DNA of 6,176 nucleotides from a virus (Duplodnaviria; Heunggongvirae; Uroviricota; Caudoviricetes): IMG/VR virus record IMGVR_UViG_2534682092_000012; one strand, 5' to 3'. Shown piece by piece: positions 5,201 to 6,176 of this stretch (position 1 is its first letter; each line of letters starts with the position of its first letter). The notes under the pieces were generated by a model. It saw only the letters and a program-made list of their open reading frames with translations, ran no database searches and was not told where the DNA came from. The position numbers and the translations under genes were made by a program.

Positions 5201-6176
5201 ATGGATTATTTATCAGAAGTGTTAAAAATCATTGAAGGTGCAACAAAGGCAAATGCTTCGATGGCTAGTAATTATGCTGGGTTGCTGGCAGATAAGCTCG
5301 AACAAAAAGGGGAGGTCAAGCAAGCCAGAATGATAAGAGAAAGGTTGCTTAGAGCTCCCCAGGCGTTGGCAGGAGCTCAAAGGGCTGGAGGTGGGATATC
5401 TCTGGGCTCATTACCGGTAGATATTGATAGTCGACTCAACACTGTTGATGTCAGTTATCCTAAATTAGACAGTTCAGAGATTTTTCTGCCTGCAGCAATC
5501 AGTACCCGTGTTGAAGAGTTTATCACTAATGTTCAACGTTATGATGAGTTTGTTAAAGCTGATGCAGCATTGCCGAGTCGTATGCTCGTGTATGGAAAGC
5601 CAGGAACAGGTAAGACTATGTTATCTAAGTACATCGCTACCCGCTTAGATTTTCCACTTCTTACAGTGCGTTGCGATACTTTGATTAGTAGTTTATTGGG
5701 ACAAACCAGCAAAAATCTTAGACAGGTTTTCGATTATGTAATGCAGAGGCCATCAGTGCTTTTTTTAGACGAATTTGATGCTTTAGCTGGAGCAAGAGGT
5801 AATGAGAGAGATATAGGTGAGCTTCAGCGAGTTGTCATTTCACTATTGCAGAATATGGATGCGGCATCAGAGGATACGGTAATTATTGCCTCAACTAACC
5901 ATGAGCAACTTCTGGATCCTGCAATCTGGAGGCGATTTAGCTTCAGAATTCCAATGCCTCTGCCTGACATACATCAGAGAGAGTTAATTTGGAAAAATCG
6001 TTTAAAGAATATGATATGTAGCGATCTAGATTTAAGTGATTTATCAAGAAAATCGGAGGGATTATCCGGAGCAATAATTGAACAGGTGAGCTTGGATGCA
6101 CGTAGGGATGCAGTTATTGAAGGTGCAAGTGTGATAAATCACCATAAATTGTATAGGCGTTTGTATCTTGCGCAAT
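5201..6176 (+). CDS. Classic-clade AAA+ ATPase (PF00004-like), 3'-truncated by the window edge; about 125-aa helical N-terminal domain of unknown function followed by the ATPase core
   Basis: Own translation from the ATG at 5201 (in-frame TGA at 5198-5200): 325 codons to the window end with no stop. Walker A LVYGKPGTGKT (GKPGTGKT at 5594-5617), Walker B VLFLDEFD (5756-5779), sensor-1 and second region of homology IIASTNHEQLLDPAIWRRFSFRIPMP, and a lid-like C-terminal segment (SEGLSGAIIEQVSLDARRDA). About 40% GC, with frequent AGA/AGG/ATA codons. Absent from the ORF track because it has no stop in the window. Confidence 0.85.
   Translation, partial: MDYLSEVLKIIEGATKANASMASNYAGLLADKLEQKGEVKQARMIRERLLRAPQALAGAQRAGGGISLGSLPVDIDSRLNTVDVSYPKLDSSEIFLPAAISTRVEEFITNVQRYDEFVKADAALPSRMLVYGKPGTGKTMLSKYIATRLDFPLLTVRCDTLISSLLGQTSKNLRQVFDYVMQRPSVLFLDEFDALAGARGNERDIGELQRVVISLLQNMDAASEDTVIIASTNHEQLLDPAIWRRFSFRIPMPLPDIHQRELIWKNRLKNMICSDLDLSDLSRKSEGLSGAIIEQVSLDARRDAVIEGASVINHHKLYRRLYLAQ

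Overview
This window is the immunity and early-replication region of a lambdoid (Rac/lambda-like) enterobacterial prophage, followed by a compositionally foreign low-GC segment that carries a truncated AAA+ ATPase gene. From left to right: two small leftward genes (1-198 partial, 210-443); a leftward operator and an intrinsic terminator; a leftward CI-like HTH/S24-peptidase repressor (635-1309); a divergent operator/promoter region with two perfect GTAAC-N4-GTTAC palindromes; then a rightward operon of a Cro-like regulator, a YdaT-family protein, a replication initiator with 15-bp iterons inside its coding sequence, a DnaC-like helicase loader and two proteins of unknown function. At about 5008 the GC content drops sharply (sample 60-nt lines counted by hand: 57% at 2941-3000, 33% at 5041-5100, 40% at 5641-5700). 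A 190-bp AT-rich spacer is followed by an ORF that starts at 5201 and runs off the 3' end of the window; it is absent from the supplied ORF track because it has no stop codon in the window. Its translation carries canonical classic-clade AAA+ motifs, and I regard it as the most likely component of an accessory, possibly anti-phage, system here. Its partner gene(s), if any, lie beyond 6176. The second notable observation is that the repressor has Ala in place of the S24 catalytic serine (GDAM rather than GDSM), which predicts a non-autocleavable repressor. All similarity statements come from reading the translations and from memory of protein families; no database search was run.
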